This document shows, one piece after another, positions 37,088 to 50,500 of a stretch of DNA of 64,000 nucleotides. Positions within the stretch are counted from its first letter, which is position 1. Each line of letters begins with the position of its first letter. The notes beneath the pieces are model-generated. The model was not told the origin of the DNA and did no database searches. It was given only the letters and a program-made list of their open reading frames with translations. Source of the DNA: Adineta vaga (lineage: Eukaryota; Animalia; Rotifera); NCBI GenBank assembly GCA_021613535.1, contig CP075496.1, positions 13,578,001 to 13,642,000 of the forward strand, written 5' to 3'. The position numbers were made by a program, and so were the translations under genes.

Positions 37088-38771
37088 TCAATTACCAAGA
37101 TTAGAATTGTATTGATAAGTTGCAACGCGATCAAATTCACTTCGTTTGTATTTTTCACGTACATTTGTATGATACAATGAACGTGGAACATGTTGCATTA
37201 GTTTGAGAATTTGTTCGATACGTTTATCTAACTCATCATGTTTATATGGTTGATGTTTATAGAAACGTTTTAGAACTTGTGCTTTAGTAGATTGACCTGT
37301 GAGTTTTAAAGCTAATAATAATGTTGAAGCAGCTAATAATGATCCAGGCATTTGTTCCGATAGAATATCATCGCATAGAACACATTCAATCATATATTTC
37401 GATAGGGAATAAATTATGAAATGAAAAGGTAAAAAGCGAAGATAATAACAAAGAAAATGTATTGCTAATGGATATTCTATAGAAATGAACAAATTGAATT
37501 CGAAATACAAAAGTAAACAAAATGATACATACCAAGTTCAAAATCAAGTTGTGTTAATAGATGTTTTTCACCATGATTTAATAGAATTGGCGTGACATGA
37601 TGTCGAGCATCGAATAATGACAATAATGAATTTGTATCAGGTACACGACGTGATTCAAGTTTACAAGCAATTGTAAAACAACTAAAACAAAAACAAAAAA
37701 GTGTAATTCTACTTTTAACTAGAAGAATTTGTATTCAATTGGTTAAGAATAAAAAAATCATTTTCTTACTTAACAGCACGAAGTTGTAAATCAAGTTTAG
37801 TCATTTGATCGTTTAATAATAAAATTCTATCAATCAGATGAATTGTTCGACAAAGAATAGCTAAAATTATATTGTATTTTGAAAGATTTTCATGTAAAGA
37901 GGAAAAAGAAAATGTTTTCTATTTAACCTGCATTTAATCGATGATAATCATGGACAGAGATAATCCAATCGATAAGTTTACAACGAACTTTTGGTGTTAT
38001 AATAACTGTTGAATTGCTACCAGGTATTGGCACACCTTGAACTGGTTTTAAACTATTTGTTGATTCTCGAAGACGTTTCGATGAACGTAATTTCGTATTT
38101 TCTTCCATAAAACGTGCTTCTAAACTCAACAAATACTTCATTACTTCTTTTTCATACGATGTTGTTGATAAAACATCAAAAAATGGATGTGCCGATGGTT
38201 CCGTTCCATTCGTCATTGCTAAAAAGAAATCTTTTCAAATAAATCCAAATATATCAAAACAAATCTATTTACGATAAAGATCATCATCATCATCATCATC
38301 AGTGGAATGATCTTCGTCATGTTTCTTTTTTCCACTTTCATCAATGGAAACTTTCGGTGTAAAATATTCTGTTGTTGAAACTTGTTCAGCTGGTAATAAT
38401 AATGTTTCATTATTATTTGCTATTGGAGCGATAATTAACATTTCATTTAAACGTTCTTGTATATTCTCAATATCATCTTGAACAACTGTTCGTTTAGTTG
38501 TATCAATTTGTTGTTCATGTTTTCTATCATTTGCAAGAGAATTAATTGGTAAATTATGTGTCGGAACAAGAATAGGACCAGTCGTTGTTCGTTTGATATT
38601 TTGTGGAATCATGGGTAAATGATTATTTTCGATATTTAATGGACGAGAAAGCATAGGACGTGTTTGACGAAGATTTTGTAACGATTCATGATGACGAACA
38701 TTCGTTGTTTTTGTATTAATATTAACAGATTCTGTATCAGTCGATGTAAATGATGATGAACGAGGTAACAT
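37088..38771 (-). CDS. Divergent mitotic (A/B-type) cyclin
   Basis: N-terminal D-box RPMLSRPLN (RxxLxxxxN). Cyclin box VRCKLIDWIISVH...RTIHLIDR...LQLRAVSCFTIACKLES...EKHLLTQLDFELEYP. C-domain SKYMIEC...PGSLLAASTLLLA...NVREKY. Confidence 0.8.
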
Positions 38772-39263
38772 TCGTTTGTATATATATATAGAAAGAGAGA
38801 ATTGAATTGGAAAGTAAATGAGAGCAGAAAAGAAACAGTAATAAAAGTAGAATTCAATTTCGCAGACAAAGACACACCAATCAATTTTCATATTGAAAAG
38901 ATTTTCAATGAAAATCATAGCATAAAAATTTAATTTCGAGATTTTCAAGACTTAACATAAATTTCAATGAATTCTTCTGAAGATACAACTTTTCATTTGC
39001 ATCATGACGACATCTAGTGATAAACTATATATTGATTACAATTCAATTGCTATAATAATCTTCGATACGTTTATTTATCTTTTCTGTCAAGCTGTTTTTT
39101 TCTTCAAGTCATCCAATATTTACTTATTGAAACAAAACCGCCGAGAATATTTATCTTTACCTTCCCTTTTCTCTCTCTAACAACACAATAACAACAACAA
39201 CAACAACAACTCTGTGCTACTGGGTTTTTTATTAAAAGAATGTGATTGTTACTTGAGACGAGA

Positions 39264-40421
39264 ATGAATTCAAATGATAGTATAGTTGAATTATTTACTG
39301 ATCAATTGAATGAGTTTAATATTGATCAGATGTATCAGGATGCTCATGGTAAACTTTCTCAATGGTTTAACGAATGTCAACAAAGAATCAAGGACTTTTA
39401 TGACGAAAAATTGGAAGAATTACGAACTTATATTGATGAAATAAAAATTCAATATGATGAGAAAAAACGAGCGATTCAAACACATTTAAATCAATTGGAA
39501 AATCGAGATGAAGATGAATCTCGTTTGATCTTTCAAGCTATTCAACGTAATCTCGATGATCTAAAACAGATTTGTATACAAATCAATCCACGACCGATAA
39601 TTATTGATGAAAGTGAAATTTGTATTGGAAAAAAGTTTCATTTACCAAATCTTTCTTCAAATTGTTCAACAATATCCTATTCAAATTTGAGTTCATCCGC
39701 AATTACAAGTAATAATCAATATTTACTAATGCATAAACATCCATTTCTATATTTAATCGATCGAAATACAAATCAAATCAAAGAATATTTATGGGCATAT
39801 GATTGGATTCGTGATATGTGTTGGTCATCAACGTTACGAAAGTTTTTTATTTTAACTTCAAATCAAATTTTTTTTGCCGATGAACAAATTCTCAATGTTT
39901 ATGCAATTGAAAATATCTGTAAACAAACATGGTTTTCTTGTACATGTTCAGAGAAATCGCTTTATTTATCAACATTTCAATGGGGTTCATCAATCTATGA
40001 ATTTAATCTTCAATCTTCAGTAAATTTCGTTCAACAATGGAAATCTCCTATCACATGTAAATCATCCGAAGGTGTTTATGACATTCAATATAATAATACT
40101 AAACTTGCTTTAGTTATTAAAGATTCTGAAGATCATAAACGATGTTTAGTTATTAAATTATCCGATACATTTCAAACTCTTTGGATACTTTCATTAGATA
40201 TTTCAATGAATGTTCGTTTGTTAACATGTTGTCCTTTGAAATCGAATGAATGGCTTGTAATTGATGGAGCAAATTTAAGTCTTTATCATGTAACAGGACA
40301 AGGAAAAATAACAGAGAAAATTGATTGCTCATCAGTACCTTATCGAGCAAATCTTTTCGGTTCAAATACGTTTGTTTTATCAACAGAATTAACATTGCAT
40401 TTGTATCCAATTTCTCTCTAG
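39264..40421 (+). CDS. Intronless coiled-coil plus predicted beta-propeller protein of unknown function
   Basis: 385 aa from the first ATG. Helical KLSQW...IKDFYDEKLEEL N-terminal half, then beta-rich region with IRDMCWSSTLRKFFILT, WFSCTCSEKSLYLST, VQQWKSPITC and NEWLVID. Confidence 0.75.
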   Translation: MNSNDSIVELFTDQLNEFNIDQMYQDAHGKLSQWFNECQQRIKDFYDEKLEELRTYIDEIKIQYDEKKRAIQTHLNQLENRDEDESRLIFQAIQRNLDDLKQICIQINPRPIIIDESEICIGKKFHLPNLSSNCSTISYSNLSSSAITSNNQYLLMHKHPFLYLIDRNTNQIKEYLWAYDWIRDMCWSSTLRKFFILTSNQIFFADEQILNVYAIENICKQTWFSCTCSEKSLYLSTFQWGSSIYEFNLQSSVNFVQQWKSPITCKSSEGVYDIQYNNTKLALVIKDSEDHKRCLVIKLSDTFQTLWILSLDISMNVRLLTCCPLKSNEWLVIDGANLSLYHVTGQGKITEKIDCSSVPYRANLFGSNTFVLSTELTLHLYPISL

Positions 40422-41348
40422 TTTTCTTCATAAGATTAACTCTGTTTATGAAAATAAATCAAGCTTGATGTATAAATAATGATATTTTCAATGAGAACTT
40501 GTCCTATTCCAAATATATAAAACACAAAAAATGACATTGTATGTATATATGTGTGTGTGTTTTTATCTGATGAATATATTATAATCAAATCTTGAATCGA
40601 ACTATTTGATCTTTTGCAAAAGAAAAAAAGTGTTATTGAATATGTATAGATGTAACGTTGATTTTTCTTTCTTCTTATCTGATGAAAGAATCGAAAACGA
40701 AATTTCGTCTTTGTTTCGACCGAGACATGAAGCAATTAATATAATTTACAAGAAAATATGTTTTTCCTTGATAGACTTTTCATAAGAACGATTCTATGTT
40801 TACTATTTAGAAATAATTATCATTTTATGACATGGTTTAATATAGAATATTAAGAGAATAGTTATGTGAAATTCCAAAAAAAAACCAAAAGTGATGTATT
40901 TATTTTTATCCGCTTAGTCCAATCTAAGTAATGAGACATATCGATGAGGTATTTTTGATGTCTGATATGTTGTGTTTTTCTTTCTTTCAGTAAGAACAGA
41001 TGAAAAGAAAGAAGAGAAATAAATCAGGTATGTTTCTTTTTCCTTCAATACAGAAAAGCAACTTCTAAATGAATGAAAAAAAGAACAAGCTTGAATAAAT
41101 AATTAAATGTCTAATAATTGTAACAAACATCACCTTAGCAGAAAATGTCTATTAAGAAAGTAAGAGTATCATTTCCTTCACACACACGCGCGTTTTTTTT
41201 TGTACGATAAATTCATTTCTATCATGTCGTTCATCATCATTTCCGCCTCTTCTTTCCTATTTATTTGTCTTCTATCAGTCATCTATTTGCATAGTTGATT
41301 TCTTACCTCCAATTGTCATCTGTCAATATCGATTGTGTTCGTGTTCGA

Positions 41349-41783
41349 ATGAGTTCAACAAGTAAATCATCTAGTAAATTATGTCGAAATAATTGTGGTT
41401 TTTTTGGAAATCTTTCATTCGATGGTTTGTGTTCTCGATGTTACATACAAGAGAAGAGTAAGGAGAAAAAAGTCGAAGAAAAAATACAACAACAACAAGA
41501 TACGCCTGTTGAAATAGAAGACGAAAATGTTGTCATCAAATCAACAATGCCTATCGAAAGTCTGTCATTGACAACTTCAACTCGAAAGAAAACTCGTTGT
41601 CCAAACTGTCAAAAACTCATGGGTATTTTACAATATCCATGCGCATGTGGTGGATATTTCTGTACTACATGTCGATATTCAACTGAACATCAATGTCCAA
41701 TTGATTACAAAGCTGTAGGAAGAACACTTTTAGCTAAAAATAATCCTCAAGTTATTGCTGATCGCGTTCATAATCGACAATAA
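41349..41783 (+). CDS. A20/AN1 zinc-finger protein (ZFAND5/6, SAP-like), intronless CDS
   Basis: A20 finger LCRNNCGFFG...LCSRCY and AN1 finger RCPNCQK...CACGGYFCTTCRYSTEHQCPIDYK...LAKNNPQV. Confidence 0.9.
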   Translation: MSSTSKSSSKLCRNNCGFFGNLSFDGLCSRCYIQEKSKEKKVEEKIQQQQDTPVEIEDENVVIKSTMPIESLSLTTSTRKKTRCPNCQKLMGILQYPCACGGYFCTTCRYSTEHQCPIDYKAVGRTLLAKNNPQVIADRVHNRQ

Positions 41784-42707
41784 CATGTTTCTTGTCTTCG
41801 ATTTTATTTATTTAAATGAATTCCTGACGATTCGATCAAGGTATAGAAAACATACGTTACACTGAGTGTGAACAAAAACGACTAGAAAATGGCGAGAGAA
41901 AAAAAAGTACGCAAAAAAGATGCACTACTAGTTATTATTTTATTGATAATTAGACATGTTGAAAGTTTCTATGGGTTTTCTTCTTCTTCTTCAAGTGTTG
42001 AATTTAATAACAAAAAACTTGCGAAGAATAAATCAATACTTTTCTCGAGAAGCAATAGACATTCGGTGAGAAAATGTCCGAATGACTATATAATCGAATA
42101 TCTTTTATCTATGTCACATAAACAACAAAATAGAAGGAAGAATATTTTCTAATCGTATTGGATAATAAAAAAAAGAAGAAAAAGGTTTTTTTCTCTTCGC
42201 ATTTGACACCTACGTCATGGTGTATGTAGTCCGATGTATGATAGTATTAAAAATAGAGAAAAAAAGGATGATGGTCTGTTCGTGTCATGCCGTGTAATAA
42301 TGGTGTAGAGAGAAAGAATAGAATCATTCTTAGTCTATCTTTCATTTTCTTGCGTTTCTTTTGCTCTTCTATGTTGTTATTGCCAGTGCAGCTTGCACAT
42401 TTCTCTGCACTCTCTCTCTCTCTCTCTTACATCTGTCTGTCCGTTTGATGCTTTTCTTTTTTCTTCAAAATCATCTTCCATTCCCTCACTCATGTTTTAC
42501 ATTCTTCTGGCTATTTATTGAACTGTCTCTTGTTTTTCTATTGCCAATATATGACGAGACGCTTAACGCATATATACCTACTAAACGAAAGAAAACAGAT
42601 GTTAATCTATCAAACATTAACAATCGTTGTCTTCATTCATTCATTCATTCATCTTACGATAGATTTATATTTCTCGATCTTTGCTTCAGATGAATTAGTT
42701 TATAATA

Positions 42708-43749
42708 ATGAGTAGTGGAATTATTACTAATCATGCATCAATAGTATCATCAACAATAAATAAAACATTGGAAATTCATCTTGAACGATCAACTGATGAT
42801 TTAACTAATATAGTTGATGGTCAAAATAAACCTTTAATCATTATTCTTGCTGTCACTCTTCCAACATTAGCTTTAATTGGTATTGTTATTCTCATAATTG
42901 TATGCTATCGACGACGACATGCAACAATATGGTTAAAAAAAATTGGTAAAATTTTAATTTTAATTTCTTATTTCTTCTTTGGTTATTCATAGAACACTCA
43001 AGTCGTCTACAAGCTATTGTTGTCAATCTTTCATCGACTCCTATTCAACCAGAGTATGATTGTGACAAGTCTTTTGTTTTGATAGAAAGATTCTTTTTCA
43101 ATAGATATTCCGAAAAAAAATCGTCTCTTGCTTATCGAAAATTTACACAACCGCGTACCGAAACTATTGTTTATAATCGTTTGGTAAGAAGGTTTTGAAA
43201 ACGAATGATCACTGATTACAAATCCTATGTTTTAGAGTACACCACCTACTCCAGTATTTATTAAACCAAATAATCATTTGAAAACACCTGTAGAAGGTAA
43301 AGAAATTGATTCGTAAACAACAATTTTTGTCTATTATTTTCTTTCAAATCAAGGTGAAACCAATGCAGCATTTGATGAATATCCAATAAAGAATGATCAA
43401 CAACTTGTCTTAAGATCTACACTTCAACAATCTTCAAATAATGGACAACGAATCACATCTGTACGAGAGAAAAAAAAGACAATCTTACTCTTCTTTCATC
43501 ACCTATTTTTACTTTCAGCTTCATACAGATTTTCCTACTTCGTTACAAGCACCTGTTCGTACGATAACATCAACATTAGTTGATGCTATTGCAACACATC
43601 GTCTTTCATTACATATCAATGAAAATAATACATCAACTACATCATCGTTAGAAACGATTAATAATAATAACAGAGATTCAGCTGCTTCATCTTCGCTCTC
43701 CACAACTTCTCAAACGGTGCTTCTTTTTTCTCAAAGAACTGAATTGTGA
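42708..43749 (+). CDS. Single-pass membrane protein of unknown function, 6 exons
   Basis: Six exons splice in one frame. TM LIIILAVTLPTLALIGIVILIIVC followed by YRRR. No signal peptide. Ends QRTEL*. Confidence 0.7.
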
Positions 43750-44500
43750 TGATCGTTTCATATGTACCTAAATTATTATTATTATTTAAAAAAACGCGAA
43801 TTTTTTTTTCAAACGTCGAATCTATAGAATCTATTTTTTACAAAATACAATAAAATTTTTCATCTTTAAACTTCTTTTCTTTCTTTCTTCAACTAAAACA
43901 CGTCATTAAGTGAACTTAAAGAACATTATTATATGTGCATTTACTAATTGACATAAATGTCACTTGATTACATGTTTTCTTTATGACTTCATTTTAATAG
44001 ACCAAATCGTGTGCAAATATCTTTTTTTTTGATCTTCATATTCATTGAATTAGATAAATCAAATCACTGAATTCATATATCTTTTTCATTAGATTTAATC
44101 GAGTATGTTCAGTTTTCAAAACTCAATCGTTTTACTGTTCAATCGACTAATAAACAACTGGGATGGGTATTGCAAAAGATGTGCAACGACAGAGAAAGTG
44201 GAATCGAGAATAATAATATACATCAAGACAAAATACTAAAGAAGAAGAGGAAAAAACAAACCACACATCATGACATTAAAGAGAAGAGAAAAGAAAAATA
44301 GACATGATAATTCTCACATTGTATTGTTTGTTTTCTGAAGTAAAGCAATGAAAGAAATCTCACTGTTCTTTGTTTTTGTTATATCTATAGAATAAGAGTG
44401 TCGCTGATCGTCACCGGTCATAGAAAAAAAACACAATATTTGACATCGTATGAACAAGAAGGAATTTGAAAGGAAGACTCGGGTTAAGTTTGTTTTCTTT

Positions 44501-47500
44501 TTATGAACTTGTACTTGTATCAATATCATCTTCATCGTCTTCTTCGATTAATGTATCAACATGACGACGATGTTTACGAAGCTAAAAGTAAATATATCAT
44601 GTACAATTTCTTATTTGTAAAAACAAACTTACTTTTTGAAATTGACAATCAGAAAATAGATCATGAAGAAAACGTTGGGCAGGAATACGTACACTACTCA
44701 TTGTTAATATGTAACAGATTTCTGAATATAAACAAATATTATCAAATATTTGTGGACGACTTTCTTTCCAACTAAATCAAAGAATGAAAAGTTTTTTTAA
44801 ATAATAGTAGAATTTCGTTTTGAGTTTCTTACCTTAAAAGTTTCTTTTCTACTTCATCTGAATGAATCGCGGCAATAAGACGACTAGCTAATGATTTTAC
44901 ATCAACAAAATCTGTTTGCATAGTTGTATGAGGATTTTCATGTGGTGTAGAATTTGTTGAATTATTTGTACACATCATACAAATATGTAATGAAGATAAT
45001 TGATTCGTAGGAACAATAATTGATGTTGGAACTGTTTGATCTTGTGAAACAATTGCTGGTGATGATGGAGTAAATTCTATTGAAATTCAATTGTAGATCA
45101 TTGTTGAAATTATAGGAAAAAGATTACCTCCTGAACTTGATGAGGCACCAGTAGCACTTCGTGTACGTGCTTGTTCGGTATTGGTATTTCCACGTGAACG
45201 GGAACGGACGAGATCAGACCACGTTTCGTAATTAAGATTATAACCATCAGAGATCTATGGAGATGAATATAATATGAAAACTGATTCGAAAGAATTTTCT
45301 TACTTCAACAACTTGTCGAATATCAACAGGTACAGCTAAACCACGATAAATCGTATTTCCATCTTCATCAGCATCATCTAAATCACGTTGTTCCAATGTA
45401 TATTTTCTAAAGAATATCCGAATAGATTTCAATTCAATTCAATTCTTTTTTTTACCCATCATTTGTTATAAATTTATCAATTTGTAGATCACGTGTATCA
45501 TGTGATTCATACATTTTCTTGTAGAATTTCGATGAATAACGATGAAATGGTAGAATAAGATCATCATTTTTTCCTTTGATTGATATTTCTTCCACATGAG
45601 ATTCAGTCGTTGTACTATTAGCTAAATGTGAATAGGTTGCATGACTTGTCTTTTGTATACGTCGTGCATATTCATAACCGGCTGCATCAGGTTTTAAGAG
45701 AAAATTACAACGTAATAAACGTGATCGATATAATTCATCGGTTTGCGATGGTTCAGAAGCTACACCGTGACCAGCAGTAGGTGCACGTAAAGCTTGAATT
45801 ACTTCGGGAACTTTTTGTAATTGTTTCGATTGTCGTAGCGCATTCGATTGATGTGCAGATTTTGATCGAGGACGAAAACGTTCTAATGGTAAACTATCTG
45901 TTGCTGATTGAGCAGCTGCTGATTGTGATTGAGAATGAGTTGGATATGGTCCATACGTTGGTGAACGAGAATATTCTACATCAGAAAATGAACCTGTTGC
46001 TCCACTAGCAATACCAGAATCACGATTTGTATTAGTCAATTCTTTTGATATACTGGAACAACGACGTATAGGAACACTAACAAGTAATGGTGCACCACCA
46101 GCTTCAAGACAATCCGGAAATGTAACTGTTGCTGTTTTATTTGTCGGAGTTGGTGGACCACTATCTTCCGTTATAGTAACTAATAGAAAAAAAAACAATT
46201 AAATAAAGAATTAACAGAGAGAAATTTGAATTACCATGTCGAACGTCAAGTTTATCATTAGTTGTCGATGATATGGTAGATGGTAAAGTTAAGGATCGTT
46301 TTGATTTAACATCCGTCGAAGTTGAATCGTGAGGAACATTACATTGTAATAATGGTGCAGCATCTTCTGATGTCGATCCATTCAAATAAGATTTTGTTGA
46401 CTTCTCGGATGAATCATGAATCGTTGCTGAAGAGGCTGGTGGAGTAACTTGTAATGAAACACTTTTATGTGGTGATATATTGTTCAGAATAACTCGTGAT
46501 ATTCGTCTTTCTGAACTTTGATATGTATCAGTATTTGCTAAAGATGGTGGAACTGAATGAGATCGAACACGATATGTTTCCCAACCAAAATCTTTTAATG
46601 ACATAGCACCATCTGGTGTTTGGGCTATTAAACTAAGTGCATAAAATGCCGTTCTAAAACAAAAAATAAGATTAATAGATATTCTTTTGTTTTCTCATTC
46701 AACATGGAAAAAAACGTTTATTCTTACCCTCGAACAGATAAATTTTGACATTCTTCCGCAAATCTCAAGATATCAGGTAATAAATCTTTTTCCATAAACC
46801 ATGCACAACCAAAATCAGTACTAGCTGTATGTCCTAATGCCCATAAAGCTTCTTTAATCATTCTTGCTTCATATATATTTATACAATTTGTTCGATGTTG
46901 TTTTAATTCTAATGCATATTGTTCTAAACGTGAATCTTTACGTAATAAATTAAATCCATCATAATGAAGACATAATTGTCGATAGATATGAGTTAAAACA
47001 TGTGCACTTAATTTTCTTTTCTTCATTCGATTTGTTGATGAAGATTTTCGTCTTTCAAAATAATCATCAGTTAATAATGGACCATCTGAATATGCAACAA
47101 ATAATTTCGTTTCAATATAATTAACATACTGTGCATTAAATATCGAATCCCAATAGGCAAGTTCTTCGTGTACCATTGTAATATGTTTTTCATCGTATTG
47201 AACTTGATGAAATGGTATTGAACATAAACGTGCGACTGTTAAATGATAAGTATATGAAAGAAAACGAGTACTATTTTTAATTAAAGCAAATGTTTGCCAT
47301 TGTTTATAGAAGATATTGACTAATCTCTATTGAAAATGAAAGAAGATGGATTGAAATAGGAGAGAAGTTAAGAGCAAATTGTCTTACTCGATCTTCGAGT
47401 GCTTCATCGAAAATTGCCGCTGATTCAAGAACAACTGCTTGATTTGTGTCATGTAATTGCGAAACAAGAAGAGCCATGCCCCAACTACTAAATGCAACCG

Positions 47501-50500
47501 GATTTGAACGAAGTATTATACGAAGAAGACTTGTACTGTACAAACGAAGAGCCTGAAATATTCAAAATAAAACTCAATCGTTTTTCTTTCCATTCAAATT
47601 TACCTGACAAGAAGATTTTAAGGCTTGTGTCAAATAAGTTCGACATGGAGTATCATAATAATAATTAAATGAAGATAGGGCAACAATAGCAGATGTGACA
47701 AATTCATCATCCATTTTTAACATTTCCGAAAGACTAAAACAAACAAAATGTTCCTTTTTCAAAACGAAACAAATCCAAAGGAAAACAAGTAAATTTACCG
47801 ATTAAATATATCACTTTCAATCATTGCTTGTGTACCAACCGATGATTTACTCAAACGACCAAGAAATAAATAATAATATACACTATTTTTTGATAATAAG
47901 TCATGTTCAGTTATGATTGCTCGTCCAGTGCCTTCTCTCATCGCATTTATCGACTAAAACACAAACGAATAGATTTCAATTTCAAATTCCTTTATTCAAT
48001 TACTTGTTGTAAAGCTTCACTAACACTTGTTAATAATGTTCGTGCAACATTACTTGCAATGGCCTAGAAAACAAAATGATTTAGATTAATCTTCTTTTTG
48101 ATTTTGATAATTCTTTACTTTAATATGATTTGATGCGGCTTGAGGAGGATATACAAGTAGATCAGAAAAAGCTAATAGAGTACGACAGGTTACATCAGAA
48201 AGAGGATCTGTTAAAACTATTTCATTAAAACCATCATTCTGTTCTGGTTTGAAAAAATCACACAATTTATCCAGAAATCTAAATGACGAAAAGAAATCAT
48301 TTCTTCACTCTCGTACAATTAAAAACTTACAATTCATATAGATCGCCTTGAACTTGATTAGCTTGTTTGGAAAAATCCTATCGAATATAAAACTTTTAGA
48401 TTTCATCTTTCTCTAATCTATATTTACTTTTAATAAAGCTAAGATTAAATCCCAATTCCATTTTTTATAATTATCGATTTGTAATGTATTCGTTTCTCGA
48501 ATACTAGCATCGATTTTTTCAGCGACTAACTAAAAATAATGGAAAATTTTCGATCATTAATTGCAATGGCAATTACAATCAATATTAAACATGCACAAAC
48601 ACCACATCAATTACACAGACATTCATTCATGCAATAGAGAAACATTCAACAATTAAGAGATTGATTTTTTTGTTTTAGAAAATCTAATGTGCAAAATGTT
48701 CAATTAGAGATGAATTGGATCGAAGATGAAGAGAATAAGAAAGTGACACACAAACACAAACCACAAACACAAACCACACGTGTTTCTGCTCTAAGTTTTC
48801 TTTACATTTAATGTTCGAAAAGGTGTTGAAAATGACCATTTCAAGAAAGATGGCTAGATAATGCATACACACAAACACAAAAGAAATTAATTATAAGAAA
48901 AAACTAAAGGTTTTCTTTAAGAAGAAAATCTCTCATTCTCAGAATAAATTCTTACCGAATCGTCGGATGATGGTATAGATATTCGACGAGTTGGTTCAGG
49001 AACGATCGTTTGTGGTAATGTATAATATTCATTCAAATGTTGAGCATGATAGATCAATTGGGCTAATTGAAATGAATGAATATGTCTTGTTCGTTGTTTA
49101 AATTCAAAAAATGCATTGATATTCAACATAGCTTCTTTGGCAAAACTAAATCGATCAAATATGATGTTTCACAAATGAAAATAACTTTCGAAAAAAGTAA
49201 TACCTTCGTTTGATACTATCATCATCAGCGATAGCAATATCCATTAGCAAAGGTAAGAGAAGAAAACTTTGCTCTTCTGGTAAATGTTCATTGCACTAAA
49301 TTTCGAAATTTATTTTCGTATTTTATTCCTAATGAAATAGAACATACCAGCCAGATAAAATTTGCTAGAAGAAGTGTTGCTCGAATTGATAATAATGTAT
49401 TATCGCTTGTTGCTAATTCACTAACCGCCTAGTAGAAATGCAAAAAAATGACGAAATGATTTTGTTCATTCAGAAAATTACCTCGATAAAGCCAGCATCA
49501 ATGAAAGTAAGAAGCATTAAGGCCATATGGCTATCAAGCAAGTTTGGTCTGTAGGGAAATACGAAAAGAAGAGTTTTAAGAAAATATTAAAGAAGAAAAT
49601 AATAACAAAGCAATTTGTGTTAAAATAGATTGATAGATATATCGTAAAAATACCTTGTTGAAGATAGACGAGCTAATTTAGCAGCTCCTTCACTCGCTAC
49701 ATATGCATATCCTTCTTCAACTGTTGTTAAATTCCATATTTGATCTATAAATTACGAAATATTTCATCAACAATAACGATCATCGAAACTTACACATAGA
49801 TTTCAATGCTGCTTCATAACTATCACATACAACAGGAATCTCGAGATTGAGTAAATCATAAAATAGATCAAGAATTGCTACCTAAAGATTATAGAATTAG
49901 AAGGAGATTTTGAATTACTTTTGAAACATACTTTCATCGGTTCAGATTGAACAAGTAAACAATTAACAAGTAAACGAATTGATGAATTTCTCGTTTGACA
50001 AAACGCCGTAAAACCTTCAATGAATATCAAATCTTCACAGACAATTTCTTTCTCTTATCAATTCTTACCAATCCAACTATGTAAAATTGTACTCAAAGCA
50101 GATGCACATGATTTTAATACTTTGATTTTATCTGGTTCTTTGATAAGTAAATTATCAAATCTAAAAACGAAATGTTTTTCTAAATCTTCTTTTCCTTTTT
50201 GTTTAATCTTACGCTGCCGGTGTCATTGCACGACGATCACCTGTTTTTAATGTTCCTTTTTCACATAATGAAAAGATTGCGACTAATTGCTAATGAAACA
50301 AAAACAAATACAAAAGGATCTTCTCAAAATAAATACATCAAAATTTAACGTACACTAAACATATTTCCAATTAATTCATGTCGTTCACGCATTCCTTCAT
50401 CAACTAATATCCATGCGAGACCATTCGGATCAACTGAATCAATAATTGTCGGTTCGCTATTATCATTAATAGTAAATCGATCAACTGCATGTAATAATGC

